Assembly: GCA_035292085.1 (NCBI GenBank)
Contig: DATDQT010000124.1
Location: 3,434 to 67,433, forward strand
Direction: 5' to 3'
Origin: a bacterium
Lineage (GTDB): Bacteria; Sysuimicrobiota; Sysuimicrobiia; Sysuimicrobiales; Kaftiobacteriaceae
Length of the DNA: 64,000 nucleotides
Shown: positions 45,540 to 54,023 of the stretch, piece by piece
How the letters are laid out: the number at the start of each line of letters is the position of its first letter
Numbering within the stretch: the stretch's first letter is position 1
The notes under the pieces: model-generated
The model's database searches: none
What the model was told of the DNA's origin: nothing
The model's input: the letters and a program-made list of their open reading frames with translations, nothing else
Position numbers and translations under genes: made by a program

Positions 45540-46016
45540 GTGATACACATGAAAGTGCGGGGCGTGGCGCTCGACCAGCAGATGAACCCGGTCGTCCTGC
45601 TGGTCGATCAAGCCGAAGCGATGGCCCTGCCGATCTGGATCGGACAGGCGGAAGCCACGGCCATCGCGATGGAACTGCAGGGAGTCAAACCGCCCCGGCC
45701 GATGACCCACGATCTGCTCCGGTCCGTCCTCAACGAACTCGCCGTGAACGTGGTCCGCGTCATCGTCACCGAAGTCAAAGACAGCACGTACTACGCGGAA
45801 GTCCACCTGGCCAACGACGGCCACAACCTGGTCGTCGATTCCCGGCCCAGCGATGCGATCGCGCTCGCCCTGCGGGCCGAAGCCCCGATCTTCGTCAGCG
45901 ACAAGGTCGCCGAACAGGCGATCGTGCTGAAGAAACCGCTCGACGAAGAGATGGAAGAATTCCGCAAGTTCCTCGAGAAGGTCAAGCCCTCAGATTTCAA
46001 AGGTACCGTCCACTAA
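45540..46016 (+). CDS. Bifunctional nuclease family protein (DUF151)
   Basis: 158 aa. PVVLLVD...LPIWIG..EA.AIA...G...PRPMTHDLL pattern typical of DUF151. Confidence 0.7.
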   Translation: MIHMKVRGVALDQQMNPVVLLVDQAEAMALPIWIGQAEATAIAMELQGVKPPRPMTHDLLRSVLNELAVNVVRVIVTEVKDSTYYAEVHLANDGHNLVVDSRPSDAIALALRAEAPIFVSDKVAEQAIVLKKPLDEEMEEFRKFLEKVKPSDFKGTVH

Positions 46017-46022
46017 CCCCGC

Positions 46023-46760
46023 GTGGAGTTCATAGGCAAGGTTGTCCTCGTCACCGGCGGCAGCCGCGGGATCGGGCGGGCCATCGCCCGCGCCTTCGCG
46101 CAGGACGGCGCCGCGGTCGCGGTGGGGTACGCGCACGAGGCCGCCGCCGCCGAGCAGGTTGCCGACGCGCTGCGCCGCGGTGGACGGCGGGCGCTGACCG
46201 TGCGCGCCGACGTGGCGAAGTCCGGTGACGTCGACGCGATGATCCAGCGCGTCCTCGACGAGTGGGACCGCCTGGATGTCCTGGTCAACAACGCGGGGAT
46301 CCTGCGGCGCACACCGCTGGACAAGGTGACCCTGAGCGAGTGGGACGAGGTGCTGGCGACCAACCTCACCGGCGCGTTCCTCTGCTGCCAGCGCGCGGTG
46401 CCGGCGCTGCGGAGTACGAAGGGCGCCATCGTCAACGTCGCCAGCATCCGCGGCCTGATCGGGGGGACGTCCAGCGCGTACGCGGCCAGCAAGGGGGGCC
46501 TGGTCACGCTGACCAAGACCCTGGCCCGCAACCTCGCGCCCGACGTCCGCGTCAACGCGATCGCGCCCGGCTTTGTGAACACCGCGATGAACGAACACCT
46601 GACCATCGAACAGCGCACCAGGATCGCCGGCGAGATCCCCCTGGGGCGCTTTGCCGAGCCGGACGAGGTCGCCAAGGCGGCGGTCTTCCTGGCCTCGGCG
46701 AGGGCGAGCTACATGACGGGCCAGGTGCTGGTCATCGACGGGGGACTGACTATGTGGTAG
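46023..46760 (+). CDS. SDR-family oxidoreductase (FabG-like)
   Basis: TGGSRGIG, NNAG, YAASKGG. Confidence 0.85.
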   Translation: MEFIGKVVLVTGGSRGIGRAIARAFAQDGAAVAVGYAHEAAAAEQVADALRRGGRRALTVRADVAKSGDVDAMIQRVLDEWDRLDVLVNNAGILRRTPLDKVTLSEWDEVLATNLTGAFLCCQRAVPALRSTKGAIVNVASIRGLIGGTSSAYAASKGGLVTLTKTLARNLAPDVRVNAIAPGFVNTAMNEHLTIEQRTRIAGEIPLGRFAEPDEVAKAAVFLASARASYMTGQVLVIDGGLTMW

Positions 46761-47904
46761 ACAGTCCCTTCCGGTCGTAGGTGTAGACTTTCCCGTTCCC
46801 GCGCAGCCGCACCGGATTGCGCCAGATGGCGTGCACGGACTTGAGGAACGGCCCGACGCGCTTAGGGTCGAGTCTGCGGTCCTCGTCGCGGTGCACGAGC
46901 AGCAGTTCGCGGGGCGTGGCCCCGGTTTCGATTTCGATGTGCGGCTCGCCCTTGTACAGTTTCTGCGTGATCAGCATCTCCTTGACGGCCTGCAGGTCGT
47001 AGTTCTTCTGCTTTTCCTTGGGATCGTAGACGAAGATGTCCAAGGCGCGGACGAGCTCGGGGGTCAGCAGCTCATCGACGAGCCGGATGTCTTCGTAGAA
47101 CCGCCGGATCTGCAGCGTGTCGGCGAACCCGCGCTCATCACGGACCCGTTTGAACAGCGCGTAGCCGATGGTGTAGGGGGCCGGCCGGTTGCTCAGCTGG
47201 ACGCTGAGGCCGGACCACTGCTCCGTGTCCAGCACGTCCTTCAGCAGTTCCGCCTCGACGAACGTCGCCCAGCCTTCGTTGATGATGTGGGTGCGCTGGA
47301 TGAGGTCGAAGTACTCGGCTTCCTCCCGCACCAGCTGCAGCAGGTGCCGCTCCCACTCCTCCAGCGGGGCCCGGTCCTCCAGGAAGTAGATCAACCGGCG
47401 CCGGCGCTCGGCCTCGCTGCGCTCGAACGCGTTCACGGTCGTCGCCACGGTGAGCAGCGAGTCCAGCAGCCGTTCCACACGTTGGTGGCCGAACTCCGCC
47501 TCGTACTGCCGGATCGTCCGGGCGTGCCGCTCCGCTTCGTTGAGCATGTTCTTGTTGGACTTGCAGTACCAGTGGTTGTTCTTGAAGAAATCCACGTGCC
47601 CGTAGACGTGGGCGATGACCAGGACGTTCTGCAGATACGTGTTGCTGCGGCGGAGGAAGGCGTGCGACGGCGAGGTGTTCAGCACCAGTTCGAGGATGCT
47701 GAAGATCTCCTTGGTCTGCTGGGTCGCGAGTTCTTTGTACGCGCCGCCCCAGTACCAGTGGATGAACCGGTTGGGCAGGCCCATGCTCGCGACTTCCGCG
47801 ATCTCATCGCTGTCGGTCAGGCGGAAGTACACCGGGTCAAACGACAACCCGCGGGTGTCCGCTAGCGCCTCGATGCGCTCGATGATCTCGCGGTACTTTT
47901 CCAC
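46750..47904 (-). CDS. spoVR: SpoVR-family protein
   Basis: Start set at GTG 47904, 8 nt after GAGGGA. MEKYREIIERIEALA...GLPNRFIHWYWG...VIAHVYGHVDFFKNN. The ORF-track extension to 48360 is rejected. Confidence 0.8.
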   Translation of the reverse strand: MEKYREIIERIEALADTRGLSFDPVYFRLTDSDEIAEVASMGLPNRFIHWYWGGAYKELATQQTKEIFSILELVLNTSPSHAFLRRSNTYLQNVLVIAHVYGHVDFFKNNHWYCKSNKNMLNEAERHARTIRQYEAEFGHQRVERLLDSLLTVATTVNAFERSEAERRRRLIYFLEDRAPLEEWERHLLQLVREEAEYFDLIQRTHIINEGWATFVEAELLKDVLDTEQWSGLSVQLSNRPAPYTIGYALFKRVRDERGFADTLQIRRFYEDIRLVDELLTPELVRALDIFVYDPKEKQKNYDLQAVKEMLITQKLYKGEPHIEIETGATPRELLLVHRDEDRRLDPKRVGPFLKSVHAIWRNPVRLRGNGKVYTYDRKGLSTT

Positions 47905-49034
47905 GGCTGATTTCCCTCGCGTCCCTCGCGGAACACCGTGAGGAACTGCCGGACGGCGGCGCGGATGGCCTCGGCGTCGACGAGATTGGCGAACGTGGCC
48001 CGGCGGTGCCGGCGCGCGGTGTCCGCGACGTGCTCGGACAACCCGCCCACCCCGCGGCCGCCGGGGTTGACGTGCCCGTAGCACACCAGGTCGAACCGCT
48101 CCAGCGCCTCGTCGTAGCGCTTCTTGGCCAGGTCGAAGTCCCCCGATGAGGTCTCGCCGTCGGTGAACAGAAACAGGAACTTGTCGTACTCGGTCACCCC
48201 GTCGAGCAGGTCCAGCGCCTTCTCGAACCCGGCTGAAATGTGGGTGCCCCCGGAGGACTCGACGCAGAAGAACTCGTCGCGCGTCTTCTCCTCCGCGGTG
48301 TCTTGAAAGACGACGTACCGGCGCAGGTTCGTCGGGTAGCGGCGTTCGAGATAGTACCACAGGACGAAGATGGTCTTCCGCACCAGCGCCAGGTACTCAC
48401 CTCGCATCGAGCCGGAAATGTCCAGGACGTACACCTCGACCGAGCGGTGGTTCCGGTACAGCAGCGGATCCTCGACGAAGTACCAGCCGTCGGCCGCCAG
48501 ATCGACCTCGTAGTCGGCCCGCCCATGCTCCCGTATGTTGCGCATCAGCGCATGGAGCATCGTCTCTTCGAGGTTGAGGTCCGGACGCAGCCCGATGCGG
48601 TCGAGGTCATCCAGTTCGGGGAGGACGTCGGCGTCGACTTCCCCCGCCGCCGGCGGGACCGACAGCACCGGGAGGTTGATTTCCTCCAGCAACACCTCCT
48701 GGGCCAGCCGGACGAACTCGTCGAAATCCAGCTCGACCCGCAGTTCCCGCCCGTGGTGGTCGCCGCCCAGCAGCCCGCCCAGGACCTGGACGTCCTCGCC
48801 CTTCCCGGTTCCCCCTCCGCCGCGGCCGGCCGCCCCGCCGCTGCCGCGGGCGAGGACGGGCGCGTCCTCCCCGAACTTCAGCGTGGGTAGGTCCAATGTG
48901 GCGATCTGCGTCTTGACCTTGCCGTCGATAATCAGTTCCTTCTGCTGGATCAGCTCGTGGAGATTCTGCTTGAGGTACTCCCGCAGCAGCTGATCGTGCT
49001 TCGCCTGCGCGAGCCGGGCGCGGTGGATCCACAC
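47862..49034 (-). CDS. yhbH: YhbH/YeaH-family protein (DUF444, vWA-like)
   Basis: N-terminal DUF444 pattern and VYVLDISGSM. Its 3' end overlaps the spoVR start by 43 nt. Confidence 0.8.
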   Translation of the reverse strand: MWIHRARLAQAKHDQLLREYLKQNLHELIQQKELIIDGKVKTQIATLDLPTLKFGEDAPVLARGSGGAAGRGGGGTGKGEDVQVLGGLLGGDHHGRELRVELDFDEFVRLAQEVLLEEINLPVLSVPPAAGEVDADVLPELDDLDRIGLRPDLNLEETMLHALMRNIREHGRADYEVDLAADGWYFVEDPLLYRNHRSVEVYVLDISGSMRGEYLALVRKTIFVLWYYLERRYPTNLRRYVVFQDTAEEKTRDEFFCVESSGGTHISAGFEKALDLLDGVTEYDKFLFLFTDGETSSGDFDLAKKRYDEALERFDLVCYGHVNPGGRGVGGLSEHVADTARRHRRATFANLVDAEAIRAAVRQFLTVFREGREGNQPWKSTARSSSASRR

Positions 49035-50689
49035 TAGAAGCTCCGGCCGATGACTTTGAACAGCGAGCGCGCGCAGACATCGCAGTAGCCGTACTCCTGG
49101 CGGGCGCTGCGGTACAGCACGTCGAGGAGTTCCTGGCTCTTGCTGTCGACGTCCTCACTCTTCTCGTACAGACGCAGCAGGTTCTTGATCTTGTTGAACA
49201 CGATCTCGTTGATCGCCGGCCGCAGGTGCTCGTGCTCGCTGTAGCTCATCTTCGCGAGCTCGTCGCGCCGCTCCAGCAGCACGTTCTCGAACGCCACCCG
49301 GCCCTGCCGGCTGATCTGGCGCTTCTGCACCATGATGCCCTCGACTTCGTCGACCAGTTCCTTCTCGCCGGTGCCCAGGGCATCGCCGGCCACGTTCTTC
49401 GCGGCCGCCTCGAGGTAGTTGAGGTAGAGGTTCTGGCCGTAGTCGTAGAAATGCCCGGGGACCACGTCTTCGACGATCTGCTCGACCTTCTGGCTGATGA
49501 ACTCGACCTTGGTCTCCTCGAACTGCTTGAGGAGCTCTTTGAGGTTGAGGTCTTTGATCGACTGGTGCTCGAAGGTCCGCTCCACGGCCGCGGCGATCGT
49601 CTTCATGTCGATGCAGCGGTCGGCCAGTGTGTACGCGTACGAGAACGCGTCCTCAAAGAACCTCGGGGACAGCCCCCGGGCCCCCTGGGACTCGGCGCGC
49701 GTCTTCAGCGCGTAGCGCGCGGCCAGTTCGTACGCGTCGTCGGGGACGTGCTTCTGTTCTGCGCGGATGAGGTTGGCGCGTTCGATGAGCGCCACGTAGA
49801 TCTTCTTCTCCCCGGCGAGGTCGGTATTGTACGGGAAGTCAATCTTGTGGATGCGGCCCCGCAGCGGCTCCATGATGTCCTCGGAGAGGAACACCGCGTA
49901 TTCGGGGTAGTTACTGTGGCCGATCACCACCTCGTCGACGTGCACGGTCGGAAAGTTGGCCAGGTCGATGCGCTTGGACTGGATGAGTTCCAGCAGCAGC
50001 GACAGCAGCTGGCGCCGGCTCTTGAACACCTCGGTCCAGTCCAGGATCCCGCGGTTGGCCCAGATGATCTTCCCCTCGAAGTCGTAGGCGTCGGGGTCGT
50101 AGGTGGAACCGCGCTCCTTGAGCATGGTGAAGTTGATGTTGCCGACGAAGTTGGTGATGTCTTCACGGCGCAGGTCCGTCGGCGTGTGCTTGGCCACCCC
50201 GACTTTGTCGCGCGCGGAGACATAGATCCGCGCGACCGGAACGCGGCGCCAGCCGCCCAACGCCGCGATCAGCCGGTCGCAGACCGGGCAGGGCACCGCT
50301 TCCTCGTGCCAGTAGATGCCGTGGTCCTCGCGCACGTCGGCCGGGACCAGGTCAAACGGGTGCTGGTGGAACGGGCAGCCTTCGACCGCGTAGAGCGCCC
50401 CGTCGGCGGTGTGCGAGTAGTCTTCGAGCTTGCGCTTCAACCGGTCCACGGTCATCGACTTGCCCGACCCCTGCGGGCCGACGAGCAGCAGCAGCCGCCG
50501 CTCCATCGACATCGAGTGGCCGCGAAAGTAGGCGACGATGTCGGCGAGCGGCTTCTCCATCCCGTAGACGCCTTCGAAGACCCGCTCCGGCCCGAAGTGC
50601 TCGATCATGTCCGAGATGTAGTGGTGGGTCGTCCGCCGCAGCCGGCGGTCCTGGTGCGCTTCGTCGAGATACTGGGGAATATCCATCAT
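49034..50689 (-). CDS. prkA: PrkA-family serine protein kinase / AAA-like protein
   Basis: LLLLVGPQGSGKS P-loop, 551 aa from ATG 50689. One-nt overlap with yhbH (TAGTG). Confidence 0.85.
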   Translation of the reverse strand: MMDIPQYLDEAHQDRRLRRTTHHYISDMIEHFGPERVFEGVYGMEKPLADIVAYFRGHSMSMERRLLLLVGPQGSGKSMTVDRLKRKLEDYSHTADGALYAVEGCPFHQHPFDLVPADVREDHGIYWHEEAVPCPVCDRLIAALGGWRRVPVARIYVSARDKVGVAKHTPTDLRREDITNFVGNINFTMLKERGSTYDPDAYDFEGKIIWANRGILDWTEVFKSRRQLLSLLLELIQSKRIDLANFPTVHVDEVVIGHSNYPEYAVFLSEDIMEPLRGRIHKIDFPYNTDLAGEKKIYVALIERANLIRAEQKHVPDDAYELAARYALKTRAESQGARGLSPRFFEDAFSYAYTLADRCIDMKTIAAAVERTFEHQSIKDLNLKELLKQFEETKVEFISQKVEQIVEDVVPGHFYDYGQNLYLNYLEAAAKNVAGDALGTGEKELVDEVEGIMVQKRQISRQGRVAFENVLLERRDELAKMSYSEHEHLRPAINEIVFNKIKNLLRLYEKSEDVDSKSQELLDVLYRSARQEYGYCDVCARSLFKVIGRSF

Positions 50690-50792
50690 GAGTTGATTAC
50701 CCCGAAAAGCACAAGAGCCCGTTGAGGAGATGTTCCTCAGCGAGCCCTTGCGCACTGACTACTCAGCCGTCATCGGGCGGACACCTGTCCAA

Positions 50793-50859
50793 CCCCGTTC
50801 CAACCGACCAGTTACATCGTTCGCAATCCAATACGGTACCATGGTCGGTTGAAACGGGG
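50793..50859 (-). promoter_or_regulatory. 18-bp hairpin in the prkA 5' leader
   Basis: On the minus strand, CCCCGUUUCAACCGACCA pairs with UGGUCGGUUGGAACGGGG (one G-U) around a 31-nt loop. Confidence 0.5.
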
Positions 50860-50875
50860 TCCAACCTTTCTGCCG

Positions 50876-50904
50876 AGTATAGTGAGGGATTGCACCGCTG
50901 TCAA
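50876..50904 (-). promoter_or_regulatory. Consensus-like promoter of the prkA operon (TTGACA-N17-TATACT)
   Basis: On the minus strand, TTGACA (50904-50899) and TATACT (50881-50876). Confidence 0.65.
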
Positions 50905-50921
50905 ATGACGAAACCGGGCGG

Positions 50922-51575
50922 TTACTTCTCCATTGTCACGAAAATCGCTTTCGCGTGGTCTGACGACAGCGTGTGATCGGTCCCGGCGGTGCGGATCCGC
51001 AGGCCGCCGCGGGACGTGCTGGAGACGACCTCGAACTCGGCGCCGGGAAGCATGCCGGAGCCGGCGAGATCGCGCAGGATCGCGGGGTCGCTGTCACTGA
51101 CGCGGACGATCGTGCCCTTCGCCCCCGGCGCCAGGCCGGCGAGAACCGGATGCTGGAGAGATTCGACGGTACCGTCGCGGGCCGGAATGGGATCCCCATG
51201 GGGGTCGGTGGTCGGCTCGCCCAGCGACTGTGCGATCCGTTCTTCGACGTCCTCCGACAGCACGTGCTCGAGCCGTTCCGCCTCCGCGTCGACCCGGTCC
51301 AGACTCACCCCCAGCATCCGCGACAGGTACAGTTCCAACAGCCGGTGGTGGCGGATCACTTCGAGGGCGACTTTCTTTCCGCCCGGCGTGAGCTGAATCT
51401 GACGGTACGGCGTATGCTCGACGAGCCGCAGCCGCGCGAGTTTCTTGACCATGTTGGACACCGAGGCCTGCGCGACGCCCAGGCGCTCGGCGATCGCGCC
51501 GGTCGTCACCGTTTCGCCCGACTGCTCGAGCTTGTAGATCACTTTGAGGTAGTCTTCGATCGCCTGGGTCAGCAT
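50922..51575 (-). CDS. DtxR/MntR-family metal-dependent transcriptional regulator with C-terminal FeoA/SH3-like domain
   Basis: MLTQAIEDYLKVIYKLEQ...ASVSNMVKKL HTH, 217 aa. Last gene of the MCO-ZIP operon. Confidence 0.85.
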   Translation of the reverse strand: MLTQAIEDYLKVIYKLEQSGETVTTGAIAERLGVAQASVSNMVKKLARLRLVEHTPYRQIQLTPGGKKVALEVIRHHRLLELYLSRMLGVSLDRVDAEAERLEHVLSEDVEERIAQSLGEPTTDPHGDPIPARDGTVESLQHPVLAGLAPGAKGTIVRVSDSDPAILRDLAGSGMLPGAEFEVVSSTSRGGLRIRTAGTDHTLSSDHAKAIFVTMEK

Positions 51576-51576
51576 G

Positions 51577-52806
51577 TCAGGCCGCCACGAACAGCCCGGT
51601 GACGTACATCACGAGCAGCCCGGCCGCAAAACCGGCGAACTGATAGATCATCGCCTTCGCTTCTTCTTCTGCCACCATGAGTTTGACGAGTTCGTACACC
51701 ACCTGGAAAATCGCCCCGGCGCCGACGGCCAGGAATAGCGTGGCCAGAACCGGAGAGTAGCTGAGGCCGCCGATCCACGCCCCCACGATGGTGGGCGCAC
51801 CGGCGAGGACGCCCAGGAAGACCAGCGTCTGCAGCGTCGGCCGCTCGCGCGCGATGGGGGAGATGATCCCCAATCCCTCCGTCGTGTTGTGAATGGCGAA
51901 TCCGACGACCAGAAATGTGCCCAGCGCAATCTCGCCCAGGCTGTAGGCCGCCCCAATCGCGAGTCCCTCCCCGAGGTTGTGGAGGCCGATCCCCAACGCG
52001 ATGAGGGTCGCGAGGGCGAACCGCTGGCGGACCGGATCTGCGCCCCGCGCCAGCAGGCGGCCGGCCCCGGCGAGCAGCAAAAACGCGATGACCGATCCGA
52101 CGAGAATGAGCGCCGTGCCCTGGTACGCGGGCGGGAGCCCTCCCGCCACGTCCAGCGCTTCCACCACGGCGTCGACCCCCAGGAACACGAGCAGACCGGC
52201 GGTGAGCGCCAGGAAGAAGGCGACCCAGCGGCGGCTGAGGCGGCGCATGAACGGGAGCCAGAGCAGACCCAGGAAAACAGGGATCACCCCGACATAGATG
52301 CCCAGCAGGGTGAACGTCCCGAGGTAGCGCGCGTCGACCTGCGGCGATTCGGTGGCGACGGCGATGGTGTGTTCAAACGTCAGTCCCGTCGGCGTCATGA
52401 GTTTGACGACATGGGCCTCGCCCTCGACCCACGGGTACTGCAGGGTGATCCGCGCGCTGCCCAAGCGCCGAATGGTCGCGCCGGGCTCGATGCTGAACTG
52501 CCAGTACGCGTCATCGACGAGCACCTGCGAGACCGTCACCGGTTCCGGACCGCCGTTGGTCACATAGACGACCAGCTGCCCGGGGGTGAGCGCGACGCGA
52601 TCGATCGTCAGGTCCTCCACCGGCGGAAACGCCGCCTGAAAGACGCCGATCAAGCCGACGCGGAAGAACACCACCACCAGGACCGCGAGCAGCGCCAGCG
52701 GCAGCAGTCCCCACAGCCAGAGCTTCGCCCCGGCTGGCCGACTCCGGCGCGATGCGGCCGCCGCACCCGGTGCTTCGCTCGGCGTCGATCGGTCGTCAGA
52801 CGGCAT
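51577..52806 (-). CDS. ZIP-family metal transporter with N-terminal extracytoplasmic domain
   Basis: GLHNLGEGLAIG and FAIHNTTEGLGI ZIP signatures. About 150-aa N-terminal TM segment plus a beta-rich domain. Confidence 0.8.
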   Translation of the reverse strand: MPSDDRSTPSEAPGAAAASRRSRPAGAKLWLWGLLPLALLAVLVVVFFRVGLIGVFQAAFPPVEDLTIDRVALTPGQLVVYVTNGGPEPVTVSQVLVDDAYWQFSIEPGATIRRLGSARITLQYPWVEGEAHVVKLMTPTGLTFEHTIAVATESPQVDARYLGTFTLLGIYVGVIPVFLGLLWLPFMRRLSRRWVAFFLALTAGLLVFLGVDAVVEALDVAGGLPPAYQGTALILVGSVIAFLLLAGAGRLLARGADPVRQRFALATLIALGIGLHNLGEGLAIGAAYSLGEIALGTFLVVGFAIHNTTEGLGIISPIARERPTLQTLVFLGVLAGAPTIVGAWIGGLSYSPVLATLFLAVGAGAIFQVVYELVKLMVAEEEAKAMIYQFAGFAAGLLVMYVTGLFVAA

Positions 52807-53857
52807 GGTCGGTCACCTCGAAGAACCCCATCCAACCCAGCTCGCTGAACTCGGTCTGGTGCGCGTGGAACATGAACCGCCCGGCAAACGGGAACCGCAG
52901 CTCCAGCACGGCCCGTTCGGCCTGGGCGAGCATGATCATGTCGGTGAACTCGTTGGTCACCAGCGACGTCCCGGTCCGGTACACGTGGAAGAAGTTCCCG
53001 TGGATGTGGACGGAGTTGACCGGGTCGAACTCCGTGATGTTCACGAGGTAGATGCGGACGAGTTCTCCCCGCCGCACCGGGATCGGATGCTTCGCGTAGT
53101 GGAACGCGACGGTGTTGACGGCATAGACTTCGTTCTCGTTGTCGAAGTTCGTGTCGAACCCGTTCATCATCATGACGAGCTCCCGCGCCGGCCGCCGGCC
53201 CCGCTTCGGGTCGATGATGAAGGTGCCGTAGAGTCCTTTGTGGATGTGCTTGCGCAGCGGCAACGTGTGACAGTGGTAGAGGTGGAGCCCGAACGGCGAC
53301 GCGTTGAATTCGTAGGTCACGCTTTTGCCCGGGGCGATCTCGCCGGGACCCACGCCCGGGACGCCGTCCATCTCCGCTTTGTGGAATCCGTGGAAGTGAA
53401 TCGTGTGCGGATGCGCCCCGGCGTTGATGAACTTCACCCGCACGAAGTCCCCTTCCGTCGCCCGCAGGGTGGGACCGGGCACGGTGCCGTTGAACGTCCA
53501 GGCCGGGAAGAACACGCCGGGAGCGATCTCGATCTCCCGGTCGACGGCCACGACCTGGAACTCGCGCAGCGTCCGGCCATTGGGAAGCCGTGAGGTCTTG
53601 CCGCGGTCGAAGGTGGTGATGAACTTGGATGGGTCGAAGCCCATCCGCGCCGTATCGACCTCGCCCACGGTCATGTTCCCGATATGTCCGGACATGGGCG
53701 GAGCCGAGGCGGCGGGGACGTGACCGCCGGAGGACGCCAGTGCGGTGCCGCCCTGCACCGTACGGTGCAGGGCACTGCCGACGATCCCGGCGGCGCCAAT
53801 TCCGGTGGCCTTGAGAAAATCACGGCGAGAAAGTCCCTTGCGCAACCGTTCAAACAT
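52796..53857 (-). CDS. Tat-exported two-domain multicopper oxidase family protein
   Basis: Twin-arginine signal SRRDFLKATGIGAAG. Copper-ligand-like HPHTIHFHG, LYHCH, FMFHAHQ. AGGAG lies 8 nt before ATG 53857. Confidence 0.8.
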   Translation of the reverse strand: MFERLRKGLSRRDFLKATGIGAAGIVGSALHRTVQGGTALASSGGHVPAASAPPMSGHIGNMTVGEVDTARMGFDPSKFITTFDRGKTSRLPNGRTLREFQVVAVDREIEIAPGVFFPAWTFNGTVPGPTLRATEGDFVRVKFINAGAHPHTIHFHGFHKAEMDGVPGVGPGEIAPGKSVTYEFNASPFGLHLYHCHTLPLRKHIHKGLYGTFIIDPKRGRRPARELVMMMNGFDTNFDNENEVYAVNTVAFHYAKHPIPVRRGELVRIYLVNITEFDPVNSVHIHGNFFHVYRTGTSLVTNEFTDMIMLAQAERAVLELRFPFAGRFMFHAHQTEFSELGWMGFFEVTDHAV

Positions 53858-53882
53858 CGTGGGTGCTCCTAGTCAGGGAGAA

Positions 53883-53911
53883 TTAGTTAGGGCTAAATTA
53901 GCCATGACTAA
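53883..53911. promoter_or_regulatory. AT-rich 14-1-14 inverted repeat, candidate DtxR/MntR-type operator
   Basis: TTAGTTAGGGCTAA-A-TTAGCCATGACTAA (12 of 14 positions symmetric). It abuts the -10 element and covers the predicted start site. Confidence 0.55.
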
Positions 53912-53940
53912 ATTCTATCCCTGCCGGCTGCTCAGGTCAA
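53912..53940 (-). promoter_or_regulatory. Promoter of the MCO-ZIP-DtxR operon (TTGACC-N17-TAGAAT)
   Basis: On the minus strand, TTGACC (53940-53935) and TAGAAT (53917-53912). Confidence 0.6.
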
Positions 53941-53959
53941 GCGGATGCCCTGCAGAATC

Positions 53960-54017
53960 ATGTCAAGGGGTCAGACCCCGCAGTTTGTGATGTCAAGGGG
54001 TCAGACCCCGCAGTTTG
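53960..54017. repeat. Family C tandem repeat, 2 x 28 nt (period 30)
   Basis: ATGTCAAGGGGTCAGACCCCGCAGTTTG occurs identically at 53960-53987 and 53990-54017. Each copy contains the palindrome GGGGTCAGACCCC. Confidence 0.9.
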
Positions 54018-54023
54018 GGGTCG

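Noticed and set aside
52796-53857. Copper nitrite reductase (NirK) assignment for the two-domain cupredoxin protein.
   Set aside because: The size and Tat signal fit, but the histidine motifs (HPHTIHFHG, HCH, HAH) look like multicopper-oxidase ligands rather than the NirK pattern I recall. The call is left at family level.
53960-54017. Possible CRISPR array.
   Set aside because: There are only two repeat units separated by 2 nt, no spacers and no cas genes in the window.
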